Origin: Euglena gracilis
Taxonomy: Eukaryota
Assembly: GCA_039621445.1 (NCBI GenBank)
Contig: CP154954.1
Coordinates: forward strand, 41,285,572 to 41,349,571
Direction of reading: 5' to 3'
Length of the DNA stretch: 64,000 bases
The position numbers and the translations under genes were made by a program. Within the stretch, counting starts at the first letter, position 1; every line of letters begins with the position of its first letter. This document shows positions 62,490-64,000 of the stretch, piece after piece. Below the pieces are notes generated by a model. The model was given only the letters and a program-made list of their open reading frames with translations, searched no databases and was not told where the DNA came from.

Positions 62490-63060
62490 GTAATATTTCA
62501 TACAAACACATGCATGTGCACATCTTGGTACATACAACATATTATCCGGATAAAATGGCAGGAAACAAGAATGACGCAATGACTGAGGGAAAACTGAATT
62601 AAAAATTCCAAGTTTGGGAAAATTGATGATTCATCAATCTGCAGGTGGCGAGGGACTGATAACAAGTTAAAGCCCCCCCCCTGCCCCAACTCCTCTCAGC
62701 ACCCCCCAATTGGCAACCCTGGGCCTTCCCTTCCCAATCATTGAACATCCAAAATGAGATTGCTCCGTTTGAAACGAAACTTTGAAAATCTGGCCTGGCC
62801 AAACAAAGATGGGGCGCAATCTCATGTTGTGTGAACATGCACCACCAATGCACATAGACACCATTTACCATCCTTGGGCATCAATTGATGGCGATGTCCT
62901 CTGTTCACCGCAGCTTGGTCTTCAACTTCCTCCACGCCCGGCGCAGGGCGTTTGGTCGTGTGCAGGGCGCAGCACTGGGGCTGTGCGGCACAGGGGGGGG
63001 GGGCATTGAGAAGGATACCCCATCCCAAAGGTAACCACGCCTGTCTGATTTCAGGACATA
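62490..63060 (-). pseudogene. Possible decayed reverse-transcriptase-like fragment
   Basis: Minus strand ...KLR*TEDIAIN*...FWMFNDWEGKAQGCQLGG..., then after a frameshift CFLPFYPDNMLY; motif order loosely resembles RT; stops and shifts present. Confidence 0.15.
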
Positions 63061-63303
63061 CTCCCACCAAACAATCAATTTAACTGGAAAAAATAACAAC
63101 AGACTGTTCCAAAAAAGAACAGAAAATTCATTTTTTTTTGCGTTTCTTCCCCCCCCAAAACTCTTATTTAATGCATTTTATGCCGTTTTTGTGCATATTG
63201 CAAAATCGCATTTTGGAGATTTGTTCAACAAATTGGCAAAAAGAGGCCAAAAGAAGCACAAAACACCAGGGAAGGGTTTTTTCTGGGTTTCAGGGGTTCC
63301 CAG

Positions 63304-63531
63304 CAGGGGTTTTTTTTTAAGACCAGGGGGTGGGAGCCCCCCCCGGGGGAGATCCGGGGGACCAATCAATTTCCCCAAAGAATGACCAAAAATTGTGAAA
63401 ATGCAAAAAACAGCACCTTGTTCAAAAATTTCCGGCGCCTTCGGCGTCGAAAAGTGCATCCCACCACCCCCTGGGGGGACCCCCCCAGGGGGAGGGGGGG
63501 CTCGGCGTTCAAGACTAAAAAAAAAACCTTT
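63304..63531. mobile_element. hAT-like MITE (family of 45215-45484), degenerate right end
   Basis: cagggg(t)naagacc ... aagact(a)nccttt; TSD gttcccag / gtccccag. Confidence 0.7.
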
Positions 63532-63628
63532 GTCCCCAGACCCCCCTGCTCAAAACTAACGCTCACTTCCTGCCATGAGGGTCCTGGTTGGTCACACCTT
63601 CCCCTGGGGGAGACCGGGGGGGGGGGGG

Positions 63629-63758
63629 CAGGATTTGATAAGGATTTGATAAGGACAGGCGGGGGGGTGGTCCGGACCCCCCTGCAGGCCAGGAGGGGGG
63701 GGGGGTGGGGGGACAACCCCCAACCTAAACCATGTTCGCCCTCCTTATATCAAACCTG
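63629..63758. mobile_element. Short CAG...CTG MITE related to 58971-59397
   Basis: caggatttgataagga ... tccttatatcaaacctg, in a G-run. Confidence 0.7.
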
Positions 63759-64000
63759 GGGGGGGGGTGCTTGGGGGGGGACCGACGTTTGGGTAATTTT
63801 GGGTCCAAAAAAAAAACTCGCACCAAAAACAAAAGCAAATCTGGCAGGACACCGGCGGCCCCGGGGAGGAGGTTCGTCCCCCCCCACCCCGGACAACGAA
63901 ACTTTAAAAAAAAAAACGTCTGAATTCACGAACCCTGGGCACTGAACCCTGGCTGGACTGGCTCCTGCGCCGCAGCATCGGCCGGCGGCGCAGCGGGCTC

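Noticed and set aside
1-64000. Spliced-leader RNA, 5S rRNA, snRNA genes or an autonomous transposase
   Set aside because: Looked for by eye and none recognised; a covariance/HMM search would be needed to exclude them

Overview
Gene-poor, repeat-saturated eukaryotic DNA with TTAGGG-type telomeric repeats. The homopolymer-rich MITEs resemble a euglenid-like protist, but that assignment is inference only. No intact protein-coding gene can be supported; nearly all listed ORFs are by-products of repeats. Layout: (1) 0.16-24.3 kb, about four copies of a ~6-kb macro-repeat built from nested non-autonomous DNA transposons. (2) 13.7-18.4 kb, a composite block interrupting it: CCGCGG-phased hairpin clusters, two convergent tRNA-like genes, a fold-back array of a 71-bp unit carrying a telomere-like motif, and a 1.6-kb internal (CCCTAA)n tract fused to a MITE terminus. 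(3) 24.6-43.7 kb, a ~200-bp satellite of roughly 90-95 monomers with higher-order duplications and one young Merlin-like fold-back insertion. (4) 43.7-64 kb, nested MITEs, 29-bp and 50-bp minisatellites and a few decayed coding-like remnants. Main leads: a large set of CAG...CTG MITEs with 8-bp TSDs (several with empty sites in the window) whose geometry matches euglenid nonconventional introns, and a recurring inward-facing telomere-like motif shared by several palindromic elements.
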